From contig CAUZON010000014.1 in the NCBI GenBank assembly GCA_963581445.1, positions 3,672 through 67,671 of the forward strand: a stretch of DNA of 64,000 bases, written 5' to 3'. Below are positions 46,981 through 55,648 of this stretch, in pieces. The DNA is from Gammaproteobacteria bacterium (GTDB taxonomy: Bacteria > Pseudomonadota > Gammaproteobacteria > Pseudomonadales > Azotimanducaceae). Within the stretch, counting starts at the first letter, position 1; every line of letters starts with the position of its first letter. The notes below the pieces were generated by a model, which saw only the letters and a list, made by a program, of their open reading frames with translations, was not told where the DNA came from and made no database searches. The position numbers were made by a program, and so were the translations under genes.

Positions 46981-47924
46981 TGGTCGATAATCTGTGCGCC
47001 TTCGCCCAGTCCACAGTCGATAATTTCTACCACGCCTGGTACTTGTGCCAATGCTGCGCTGACGGCTGGACGACTTTCCGCTGTGCACACGGCCTTAATT
47101 TGTGCCCCTGCATCTACAGTAAAAAAAACTTGATGTCCTTGGTCACGCAGGGCTCTTACGCAATCCATGCAAGCAATACTTGCGGGTGTCCAGTAGCTTA
47201 AGGTTGGGTTACTGGTCAGCATCAAGCTGTGCATTTTTAGACAGCTCAGTTCTGCAACTTGGGCCAGTTGAGTGAAATCGCGCAAACTAATTGCCTGGGC
47301 GGCCGAACTATAGTCTTCGGCTGCACCTCGCAACCATGCATTGTAAAAAGGTGAGGTTTGCTTGGATCGCTGCATACCTTGAGTAGAGTTCACAGCTTTT
47401 GCTGCTCTGCTGGTCACAGCAACGACGACTTCTAAGGGCCAGTGACTGCTGGGCGCCAGGCGCATGGCTTCCCATTGAGGCGGTACTAACGCCACAAATC
47501 CTCCGTGAATTGAACGAGCTGCGCTTGCAGACCCTTGGCGCGCCCAATTTGAACGCATCTCCTCATTTAGACCTAGGTCGCAATGTGCGTTAACGGCTGT
47601 GATGAGGGCCGCAAAGCCAGATGCAGAAGAGGCAAGACCCGCACTGGTTGGAAAGTTGTTGTCGCTATTGATGATCAGGCTTGGTACTTCAAATTCACTG
47701 CGAAGCGTCTGCAACCAGCGTTCTATCTTCGCGTCCTCAATCTGCTCACCGTTAAGGTGAAACGCGTCCTCTTTGCCTTCCTTTATCTTCGTGGTGGTGG
47801 TCAGATTTGACAGGGTAATAGACAGGTTGGGCGTAGCGGGCAGGTTGCCGGGCTTGCTTTGTTTACCCCAGTATTTCACTAGGGCAATGTTTGGGTGCGC
47901 TTGGGCTGTAGTTATATTTTGCAT
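46977..47924 (-). CDS. mvaD: diphosphomevalonate decarboxylase
   Basis: AHPNIALVKYWGK, NFPTSAGLASSASGFAAL and FFTVDAGAQIK motifs are typical of MVD. Confidence 0.9.
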   Translation of the reverse strand: MQNITTAQAHPNIALVKYWGKQSKPGNLPATPNLSITLSNLTTTTKIKEGKEDAFHLNGEQIEDAKIERWLQTLRSEFEVPSLIINSDNNFPTSAGLASSASGFAALITAVNAHCDLGLNEEMRSNWARQGSASAARSIHGGFVALVPPQWEAMRLAPSSHWPLEVVVAVTSRAAKAVNSTQGMQRSKQTSPFYNAWLRGAAEDYSSAAQAISLRDFTQLAQVAELSCLKMHSLMLTSNPTLSYWTPASIACMDCVRALRDQGHQVFFTVDAGAQIKAVCTAESRPAVSAALAQVPGVVEIIDCGLGEGAQIIDQ

Positions 47925-48176
47925 AGCGGCGCAATGTTACCTCATATCTCCCATTGGGAGCAGTTAGCTTAGGCTGGAGGCAAAATTTCAGAGAAGCGTG
48001 CGTTGAATGGCTAGCGCATAGGACACAAGTGCGCGCCATTATTGAAATGCCAAAAGGCAAAGAAGCAAAAAAAACTATAAATCAGTGACTTATAGTCTAT
48101 CGTTCGGAAAATTGAAGCCCGCGTTGCGGCGCGTCTGAACGCGCTGGTTGAGGGTTAGTTGGGTACTAAATAAGTG

Positions 48177-49631
48177 CTACATATAAGCGGGCGGCGGTGT
48201 GAAACCAAACCCTGCTAATTCCAGCTTTTGCGCCACGCCAATGGTGATTAAATCACCCAGCTCAGGCCCAACGATCTGCACGCCAATGGGCAATCCATCT
48301 TTATTCAGCCCTGTGGGAATAACCGTAGACGGTAGGAAGGAGACGCCAGTAAGCCCGGCCCAGAACACTTGCTCAAAGTAAGGGCGTTCTTGGTTGTCTA
48401 CTTGCAACGTGCGCTCGGCAAAGGGTCGCTGGTCGTGCTTAAAGGCGGGAGTTGCCATCATAGGTGTGAGCAAAATATCGTATTTGCCGAAGAACTCATG
48501 CCAGACCCAGCGCAGTTTGTGCCGGGCTTCATTGGCCTCGCCCCATTGCTTAAAGCTCGAAACTTGAGCGCGCAATACTTTTGAACTTTCGCGGTCGTCA
48601 TTTGGGTCTAAGTCTTTCACGTACTTGAGCAAATTCTCATAGTCCGCGTCAGACATGCGCATGGCCATAGTTGAGTGCAGTAGCTTGCGGTAAACGTCTT
48701 CTACATGTGCAGCAGAAAAATCAGGGCGCGCATCTTCATCAATCGTAGCACCTTCATCTCTTAATGCTTGAGCCACTAAATCCACTCTCGCTTCAACTTC
48801 TCGGCTGACAGGTGCCGATGCTTCGTTTTTCCAAACGCCGACTTTAAGGTCACTCAGAGGGCGGTTGCCTAACACTGGCAGGTCTAGCTTAACGCCGCGA
48901 GACGCTATCTCATCAGGACCAGCCATCACTCTTACTGCGGTTTCCAGATCAAATGCAGATCTGGCTAGCGGACCGATCACAGAAATGTCAGATCCTGCGC
49001 GACTGTCTCCTGGGGGCGCATGCCCACGCATCCAGAGTAAATTGTGGGTGGGCTTATGGCCGAATACCCCGCAGAAGTGCGCTGGATTACGAATGGAGCC
49101 TCCGATATCCGAGCCCGTTTCCAGCCCTGTTAAGCCAGCAGCTAGCGCTGCAGCGGAACCGCCAGAAGAACCGCCGGGAATACGCTCGTGGTCATAGGGG
49201 TTATTAGTTGTGCCGTAAATTTCGTTGTAGCTTTGAAAATCAGCCAAAGACAGCGGTACATTGGTTTTACCAAAGAGTGTAACGCCGGCTTGTTTGAGTT
49301 TTTTTACAGACTCGGCATCCTCTTTTGGCACGTTGTCTGCCCATGCCGGATTGCCCCATGTGGTGGGCGTACCCGCAACGTTATAGGATTCCTTCACTGT
49401 CATAGGTACACCGTGAAGAGGGCCGCAAGATTCACCTCGCGCCATCTTGGCATCCGCTTTCTCGGCATCTTTCAATGCCTCTTCGCGGATATCCACAATG
49501 ATCGCATTGAGGTCACCGTTGTATTGGTCCACGCGACCTAAATAGTGATTAAGTAGCTCGACTGCGGAAATTTCTTTGTTTTGTATTTTAGCGGCCAACT
49601 GTGTTGCCGAAAGAAATGCTAGTTCGCTCAT
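48177..49631 (-). CDS. amidase (amidase-signature family)
   Basis: MTVKE Lys region, GGSSGGSAAALA and GSDIGGSIRNPA. Start taken at ATG 49631 with GGGAGGGAAG RBS. Confidence 0.9.
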   Translation of the reverse strand: MSELAFLSATQLAAKIQNKEISAVELLNHYLGRVDQYNGDLNAIIVDIREEALKDAEKADAKMARGESCGPLHGVPMTVKESYNVAGTPTTWGNPAWADNVPKEDAESVKKLKQAGVTLFGKTNVPLSLADFQSYNEIYGTTNNPYDHERIPGGSSGGSAAALAAGLTGLETGSDIGGSIRNPAHFCGVFGHKPTHNLLWMRGHAPPGDSRAGSDISVIGPLARSAFDLETAVRVMAGPDEIASRGVKLDLPVLGNRPLSDLKVGVWKNEASAPVSREVEARVDLVAQALRDEGATIDEDARPDFSAAHVEDVYRKLLHSTMAMRMSDADYENLLKYVKDLDPNDDRESSKVLRAQVSSFKQWGEANEARHKLRWVWHEFFGKYDILLTPMMATPAFKHDQRPFAERTLQVDNQERPYFEQVFWAGLTGVSFLPSTVIPTGLNKDGLPIGVQIVGPELGDLITIGVAQKLELAGFGFTPPPAYM

Positions 49632-49818
49632 GGTTCTTCCCTCCCGAAAAAGTGCCAATAAGTTTTAGAAGTCAGCTTGGACTGTGCAGGGTTAGCTGGA
49701 AATTTTCAAGGTATGGGGTATTTGGGTATGTTGGAAAAGGTTTGGGGACTGCCGGGCTGACGGTTGTACTCCAGGCTAAGAGTTTGCTGTGGGGTAGAGC
49801 ACTTTGCCGGCGTTGTTT

Positions 49819-50082
49819 TTATTTTGTGCTTTGAATGCGCAGTTTCTCCATCCAAACCTCAATGTGTTTTCTGGCGGGGGGTATATCTAGCCCGATAAGT
49901 GCCACGCCTAATGGCAGCATCCAAAACCCCAGTATAGGCAAGAAACCAAACACGCCGCCTACCATGCAAAGTAGCCCGACAATGCTGCGAGTGCCTGGCG
50001 GCAATTTATCTTGACCAAATTTTAAGACCCGGTAACAAATACCCGCAATGCGTGTTTTCAATGCGGGTGTTTGTTCAGACAT
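49819..50082 (-). CDS. small two-helix membrane protein (PGPGW-domain-like)
   Basis: 87 aa. LLCMVGGVFGFLPILGFWMLPLGVALIGLD resembles the PGPGW transmembrane motif. Confidence 0.6.
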   Translation of the reverse strand: MSEQTPALKTRIAGICYRVLKFGQDKLPPGTRSIVGLLCMVGGVFGFLPILGFWMLPLGVALIGLDIPPARKHIEVWMEKLRIQSTK

Positions 50083-50119
50083 TTTATTTATTCAGCTAAA
50101 CGATTGGTTAATCGGTTGA

Positions 50120-51250
50120 CTAAACGTACGTCGGTGCCTCATTGGGCGCATCGTGATCGTTCGGATGCGCCCGCCTTGCTAACGTTGGATCGATAGAACG
50201 GTATTTGTAAACGCCTTCATCATTCAGTTCGCGTTCGATCCGATTGCGGTGAATTAGCAAGTGCACATGGGCTATTGCCTCGCCCAACGCCATCATCATT
50301 TGTGGAGGTCCTAGCTCTCTAGAGAACAAGACCGGTAGCAATTCTTTTGCGTCTTTTGGTTCAATACAGGCTTCTTCGATGGCCAACATTCTGTCGTCGT
50401 GGTGGCTGATCAAATCGCGTAGCCGAGCTTTTACCCCATAAAATGGCAAGTTATGTGCAGGTAATACAAAGGTATCGTCAGGGATTACTTTTAGGAAGTG
50501 ATCGTGTGAGGTCATCCAATTATGCATGGGGTTAGCATTGGGCTCCGACGGATGAACGCTGACGTTTGAGGTGATGATGGGTAAAATTTGATCACCGGAA
50601 ATCAGTACTTTAAGTGCGGGGCAGTATAAGCACGCGTGCTCTGGTGAATGCCCAGAACCCACCACAATGCGCCAATCGTTGTTGCCGATGGTGAGCACTT
50701 GACCATCTTCTAAGCGCTCAAAACCGCCACTCATAGTGGGCATGTTCATGCCTTCGGCCGCACGTGTAGCCCACATTTTTTCAATCTGTTCCATGTAGTC
50801 GTCAGGCATACCGGCTTGCTTATAAAATTTCTTGCCAATCCAATTGTTGTGGCTAAAGCCGCCGCTGCTGGAAAATGCGCGAGCTTGGTAATACTCGCCG
50901 CAGGTCATATAAAGCGGGCACTGAAATTTGTTAGTGATCATCAGCGATTGACCAATATGGTCTGGGTGCATGTGTGTGCAAATGACGCCGATGACCGGCT
51001 TACCTTGCAGCTCGTCAGCAAAGATTTTTTCCCACAAAGCTTTTGTTTGATCGTTACTGAGTCCTGTGTCCACAACCCACCAGCCCTCGATGTCTTCAAG
51101 CAAGTAAAGATTGATAAAGCCTAAGGAGCCGGGCATTGGCATGGCCAACCAGCGTACGCCGGGGGCGACTTCCATGGTTGTACCAGCGTCGGGTCTCTCG
51201 GTAAGCGGATAAGTTATTTCTGTATGTTCTTTTTGGTTTTCTATATTCAT
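50120..51250 (-). CDS. MBL-fold metallo-hydrolase
   Basis: The CTHMHPDHIG metal-binding motif and later SGHSPEH are present. 376 aa. Confidence 0.88.
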   Translation of the reverse strand: MNIENQKEHTEITYPLTERPDAGTTMEVAPGVRWLAMPMPGSLGFINLYLLEDIEGWWVVDTGLSNDQTKALWEKIFADELQGKPVIGVICTHMHPDHIGQSLMITNKFQCPLYMTCGEYYQARAFSSSGGFSHNNWIGKKFYKQAGMPDDYMEQIEKMWATRAAEGMNMPTMSGGFERLEDGQVLTIGNNDWRIVVGSGHSPEHACLYCPALKVLISGDQILPIITSNVSVHPSEPNANPMHNWMTSHDHFLKVIPDDTFVLPAHNLPFYGVKARLRDLISHHDDRMLAIEEACIEPKDAKELLPVLFSRELGPPQMMMALGEAIAHVHLLIHRNRIERELNDEGVYKYRSIDPTLARRAHPNDHDAPNEAPTYV

Positions 51251-51498
51251 AACCCCGAAGTATAGCGTGTAGTCTTCTAAGCTGCCTCATCTGCGTAAGC
51301 GGAATCTGTAAAACCCAAATAAAACTTAAGACAGTGCTGTTTTGGGCTGGCTTCTCTAAATCTCAAGCAAACCTTAAGTACGTTCATCCATGCTGTTGAA
51401 AAACAGCGAATATGCTAGTTTCTAAAAGCACAGGGCGTCGACATTTAGTATAAAGGACGGTGCGGCAGAACAGGGACTCAGTGAGTCGGGGGACTTAA

Positions 51499-53826
51499 AT
51501 GAAGCAAATATTAGACGGCATTACTGTAGTAGAGGTGGGCAACGGGCCCCTATCAGGCATGGTGGGTATGGTTCTGGCAGATTTCGGTGCGCAAGTAGTT
51601 TGGTTTGAATATGGGCAATCTGAGCATGAATATAGGGTTTGGCAGCGTGGCAAGCTGCGTGTAAGCGTCAATTTGGCCGTGGCAGCGGGCAGTGCCTGTG
51701 AGGACGCCGCCAAGATACGCCAGCATATTTTGGCTTCTGCCGATGTATTTTTGACGGATCTATCTGCCTCTGCGCTGGCACAACTGGGCCTAGGTTGGCC
51801 TGATTTCGAACCTCATCGGCCGGACTTGATTCAAGGTCAGGTCAGCGGATTTGGTGAAGACAACAAATACAGTCATTTGGCCGCCAACGGTGAAAGCTTA
51901 GTGGTTGATGAATCTTTAGTGGCGGCTGCCATTGGCCGTATGATGGTTTTTGAAGGTGTAGCAGAACGTCCAGGCCCAGTTTATCCGGCCCTTAAAGTGG
52001 GTACCCACGGAGCCAGTCAGGCCCTGCTAGCTGGCATTTTGGCCCAATTGTTTAACAGAACTGAGACCGGTCATGGGCAGCTACTGCGCAGCAATATGTT
52101 GCGCGCTCTTACTGCCTGTGACCTTGTGGGTCTGGGTGCCAGTCAAGTGGACCCCTCGCCTGTGCCGTATATAGATCCTCATGCGGTGCTGCCCATGCTC
52201 AATTATCAACCTGTGCAATGTGCTGACGGGCGCTGGTTACAGCTGGGCAATTTGTTGCCCCACCTGCAAGCCAACTTTCTTAAAGCTGCGGGTCTTGAGG
52301 CTGTGCTTGAAGAAGCGAAGTTACTCGAAGAGCCCTTTAGCGAGGCAGTTACTGAGGATTTTAGGCGGCGTATTTGTTTGCAAATGCAGACCCGCACCCA
52401 GCAGCAATGGATGGATCTTTTCTTAGCCGACGGTGGTGTTGCTGGCCATCCCTACCAAAGCACTCAAGAGGCGTTTTTAGATGCAGACATAGTGTCTAAC
52501 GGCCACATAGATGCAATCGGTGGCGTGACTCAGCTCGGTCTTTTGGGCGATTTCACTGCAACGCCGGGGCAGGTTGCTGGCGCGCCTGAAACAATTTCCA
52601 TGGCAGCGTTGTCTATGCGGGCATCATTTAACGGGCAGCAAAAAGCCACTTCATCTAAGAGGGCGCAGACGAAGGCGCCGTTGGCTGAAGCAACTTTGCC
52701 ATTGGCTGGCGTTACCGTAGTGGAAGCCGCGGCCATTATTGCCTCGCCCTTTGGTGCCAGTATGCTGGCGGATCTTGGCGCACGGGTGATCAAGATTGAA
52801 CCGATAGACGGCGATCCCTTTCGTGTCATGGCCTTTGGCTTGGGTGCAGCTCGGTGTAATACGGACAAAGAGAGTATTGCCCTGAACCTGAAGTCAGCTG
52901 AGGGACAAAAAATAGCACAATCTCTGGTCGCCAAGGCGGACCTGTTTATTCACAACTATCGGCCTGGGGTGCCAGAACGGTTGGGCCTAGATTACCTAAG
53001 TTTGTCCGCGCTCAACCCCAAGCTCGTGTATATGTCGGTGAATGGTTACGGGCCCAATGGACCCGGAGCGCTGCGCCCATCTACCCACCCCATACCCGGT
53101 GCGGCGCTAGGTGGCGTGCTTTATCAATTTGGCCAGCTGCCCAATGAGCTACAAGCCTACCCCGAATTACTTGAGACCAGTCGGCGTTTATTTCGCGCCA
53201 ATGAGCTGAATCCTGATCCAAATACGTCTTTTGTCGTTGCCAGCGCTGCCACCATGGGGCTGCTAGCGTCGCGCAAGTTGGGTGCGGGGCAGATTGTTTA
53301 TCTAGACATGTTCGGCGCCAATGCTTATGCGAATTTTGACGACTTTTTGCTACAGGAAGAGGTCAGCAGTCGGGCGGCATTGGATACTGATTATTTGGGT
53401 AAAGGGCCTTACCACCAGCTTTATCCCTGTAAAGAGGGCTGGCTTTTTGTGGGTCTCAGCAGCAAAGCAGAGCAGCAGCAATTCCATGAAGTGGTGGGCG
53501 ATTTCGCAGATTTAATGAATTTATCGTCTCAAGCGTGGGAGCAATTGCTGCTGCCGCTAGGCCTGGGATGCATTCAAGCAGATGGCCCAACACCGGGTGC
53601 GCGCATTCAAGCTGAGCATTTTGTTGCCAGTGAGTTAGCTGTGCAGTTCACCCACCCTTTGCGCGGGACAGGGTTACGGCATGGCGCGATGTCTGAATGG
53701 CCACAGCTACAGCGTACTCTGCAAGGGCCGTGTGAAGCAGGGGACAGTACCGATGCGCTAATGAACGAATTGGGTTTTACCGGCCCTGAAATTGTTCAGT
53801 TGAGAACAAGTGGTGCTATTCATTAG
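51499..53826 (+). CDS. tandem-duplicated family III (CaiB/BaiF) CoA-transferase
   Basis: Two N-terminal-type modules lie in one ORF. The first is LDGITVVEVGNGPLSGMVGMVLADFGAQVVWFE at residue 5. The second is LAGVTVVEAAAIIASPFGASMLADLGARVIKIEP at residue ~402. Each is followed by a GFG/GYG segment. Confidence 0.8.
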   Translation: MKQILDGITVVEVGNGPLSGMVGMVLADFGAQVVWFEYGQSEHEYRVWQRGKLRVSVNLAVAAGSACEDAAKIRQHILASADVFLTDLSASALAQLGLGWPDFEPHRPDLIQGQVSGFGEDNKYSHLAANGESLVVDESLVAAAIGRMMVFEGVAERPGPVYPALKVGTHGASQALLAGILAQLFNRTETGHGQLLRSNMLRALTACDLVGLGASQVDPSPVPYIDPHAVLPMLNYQPVQCADGRWLQLGNLLPHLQANFLKAAGLEAVLEEAKLLEEPFSEAVTEDFRRRICLQMQTRTQQQWMDLFLADGGVAGHPYQSTQEAFLDADIVSNGHIDAIGGVTQLGLLGDFTATPGQVAGAPETISMAALSMRASFNGQQKATSSKRAQTKAPLAEATLPLAGVTVVEAAAIIASPFGASMLADLGARVIKIEPIDGDPFRVMAFGLGAARCNTDKESIALNLKSAEGQKIAQSLVAKADLFIHNYRPGVPERLGLDYLSLSALNPKLVYMSVNGYGPNGPGALRPSTHPIPGAALGGVLYQFGQLPNELQAYPELLETSRRLFRANELNPDPNTSFVVASAATMGLLASRKLGAGQIVYLDMFGANAYANFDDFLLQEEVSSRAALDTDYLGKGPYHQLYPCKEGWLFVGLSSKAEQQQFHEVVGDFADLMNLSSQAWEQLLLPLGLGCIQADGPTPGARIQAEHFVASELAVQFTHPLRGTGLRHGAMSEWPQLQRTLQGPCEAGDSTDALMNELGFTGPEIVQLRTSGAIH

Positions 53827-53930
53827 CGCGGTTAATGACTGTCTATGGCCTTGGATTGAATGGAACTGGTGCTTTAGGGGGAGTAAGATCTGGGCCTTAG
53901 CAAATTTAATGTGGATCTCAAGAGGTCTAA

Positions 53931-54854
53931 ATGAGTGATTTACAACGCCCAAGCGATTTTTTCTCGCCGACTGAAATAACCTACCTGCGTTCAGTATCCA
54001 GCTGGCGCAGCACTTTAGCGATAGTGCATTGCTGGGGTGTAATTTTGGGCGCTTGGATTGTGGCCAGTATTTGGACAAACCCTCTCACGGTTATTTTGGC
54101 CATTATGATTATTGGCGCGCGGCAGTTGGGTCTATTTGTTCTTACACATGACGGTGCCCATGGTGCGTTGTATGCCAACCGTAAGGTCAATGACTGGATT
54201 TGTGAGTGGATTCTTAATCGACCGTTTACTGATGAAAAAATTGATACCTATCGCAAGTACCATGTAAAACACCACGTGAATACTCAGCAAGAAGACGATC
54301 CGGATCTTGCGCTGTCAAAACCTTTTCCAATTTCTAAATCTTCATTTCGCCGCAAAGTCATTCGCGACCTCACTGGGCAGACCGGTTGGGATCAATATGG
54401 GCGTATCGTCCGCGCTGCGTTTAAGGGCGACACGCTTAGTCAGCGCCTAGCAAACGCGTGGCGCAGAATTGGCCCCAACGCGGTGATCAATTTGCTGTTC
54501 TTGGCGGGCTTCGCAGCAGCAGGGGTTTGGTACATGTACTTTCTGTTGTGGTGGGTGCCAGCGTTAACTTGGAATCGCTTTATAGTGCGCCTTAGAAATA
54601 TTGGTGAGCACGCGGTGGTGCCTGACAACGATGATCGCCTGCGCAATACTCGAACGACAATTGCGAGTTGGTGGGAGCGGGCGCTGATAGCACCCTATAA
54701 CGTGCAGTATCATTTAGAGCACCACTTGGTGGTTAACTGCCCTCATTACAAACTCAAAGATGCGCACAAAATGCTCATCGAAAAAGGCTATGAGGATCAG
54801 ATGGAAATTCAGAAAGGCTATAAGGCGATTTTGGCGTTAGCGGTGCCCTCCTAA
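53931..54854 (+). CDS. membrane fatty acid desaturase family protein
   Basis: Three His boxes are present: HDGAHG, HVKHH, HLEHH. TM segments are also present. Confidence 0.88.
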   Translation: MSDLQRPSDFFSPTEITYLRSVSSWRSTLAIVHCWGVILGAWIVASIWTNPLTVILAIMIIGARQLGLFVLTHDGAHGALYANRKVNDWICEWILNRPFTDEKIDTYRKYHVKHHVNTQQEDDPDLALSKPFPISKSSFRRKVIRDLTGQTGWDQYGRIVRAAFKGDTLSQRLANAWRRIGPNAVINLLFLAGFAAAGVWYMYFLLWWVPALTWNRFIVRLRNIGEHAVVPDNDDRLRNTRTTIASWWERALIAPYNVQYHLEHHLVVNCPHYKLKDAHKMLIEKGYEDQMEIQKGYKAILALAVPS

Positions 54855-54980
54855 AAAAAGCTAAAAGAGATTCAGTAGAAAACCGCTGCAGAACAAGATG
54901 ATCAATTGACGGATTTTGAAAAGCAGTATTTCCTCAGGGCATATAAATTGGCACATATAAAACAAAGTCAGCGCTTATCC

Positions 54981-55017
54981 TAAAAGGAAAGGCAGTGTGG
55001 ATCTTATCCAGACTGCC
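54981..55017 (-). terminator. candidate terminator of the peroxiredoxin-like gene
   Basis: 12-bp stem with one mismatch (GGCAGTGTGGAT/ATCCAGACTGCC) at 54991..55017, followed on the minus strand by UUUCCUUUUA. Confidence 0.5.
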
Positions 55018-55048
55018 CACTCCCCCGCTTTAACAGCCAGCTACACCC

Positions 55049-55534
55049 TTAATTTTTTTTTGCTCTCTGAGCATTGATAAACTCAATCAAAGTCAGTGTT
55101 TCTGCTGCGTCCATACGCCCTACGGGTGAGTTGCTGTAAGTCGAGGCCATGACCTTGCCGCTCTTGGTGAGTATGAATTCGCTTGGCTGGATAAAGTCTC
55201 TACCCTCATCCCACCAAGCGCCTAGGCTGTCGCCTTGTGCTCGTGTGACCCCATGGGCTACTGGAAAGCCCAGTGGTTGTGCCACCTCACTGGTTTTCTC
55301 TAGCGAGTCTACCGCGGCGGCAATCATCGTTACCCCTTGTGCTGCAAGCGCTTCACTGCGCTCTTCATAGCCGGCTAACAGTCGGCGGCAGTAAGGTCAC
55401 CAATGGCCGCGATAAAACAGCACTACGGTAAAAGGGCTGGTGAGATCAGCAGGGAGCTTTATTTCACTGCCGTCTACGCTTGTGAGGGTAATGTCTGGAA
55501 ACATATCCCCCGGTTGAAGTTTTTCGACCATCAT
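55049..55534 (-). CDS. AhpC/TSA (peroxiredoxin-like, thioredoxin-fold) protein, predicted selenoprotein with UxxC motif
   Basis: Track ORF 55049..55327 extends in the same frame to ATGATG 55529..55534 (AAGGA RBS). The only interruption is TGA 55397..55399 within VVLFYRGHW-[TGA]-PYCRR, the position of the first Cys in the redox CxxC motif. Confidence 0.78.
55370..55386 (-). promoter_or_regulatory. candidate SECIS hairpin for the peroxiredoxin-like UGA (weak)
   Basis: The mRNA reads GCCG-ACUGUUAGC-CGGC, starting 10 nt after the UGA codon, with GUU in the loop. The stem is only 4 bp. An alternative 6-bp hairpin GAGCGC-AGUGAA-GCGCUU lies at 55346..55363. Confidence 0.3.
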
Positions 55535-55648
55535 TTTTCCTTCTTATTTTCCCCGAATCTTTTCTAACCTATACTAAACAAAGGCCTTTAGACGCATAAA
55601 GCCCTTTAGACGCATTACGCTGAGTCAAATGCCCATTTGTCTAAAGTC

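Noticed and set aside
46981-47088. N-terminal 36-codon extension of the phosphomevalonate kinase track ORF (MHSGKSSSRQRSIGTSTRRGRNY...)
   Set aside because: The extension is Arg/Ser-rich and lies entirely within the mvaD coding region. The conserved PMK N-terminus (KFTAPGKAVLWGEY) begins at GTG 46980, which forms a GTGA overlap with the mvaD stop.
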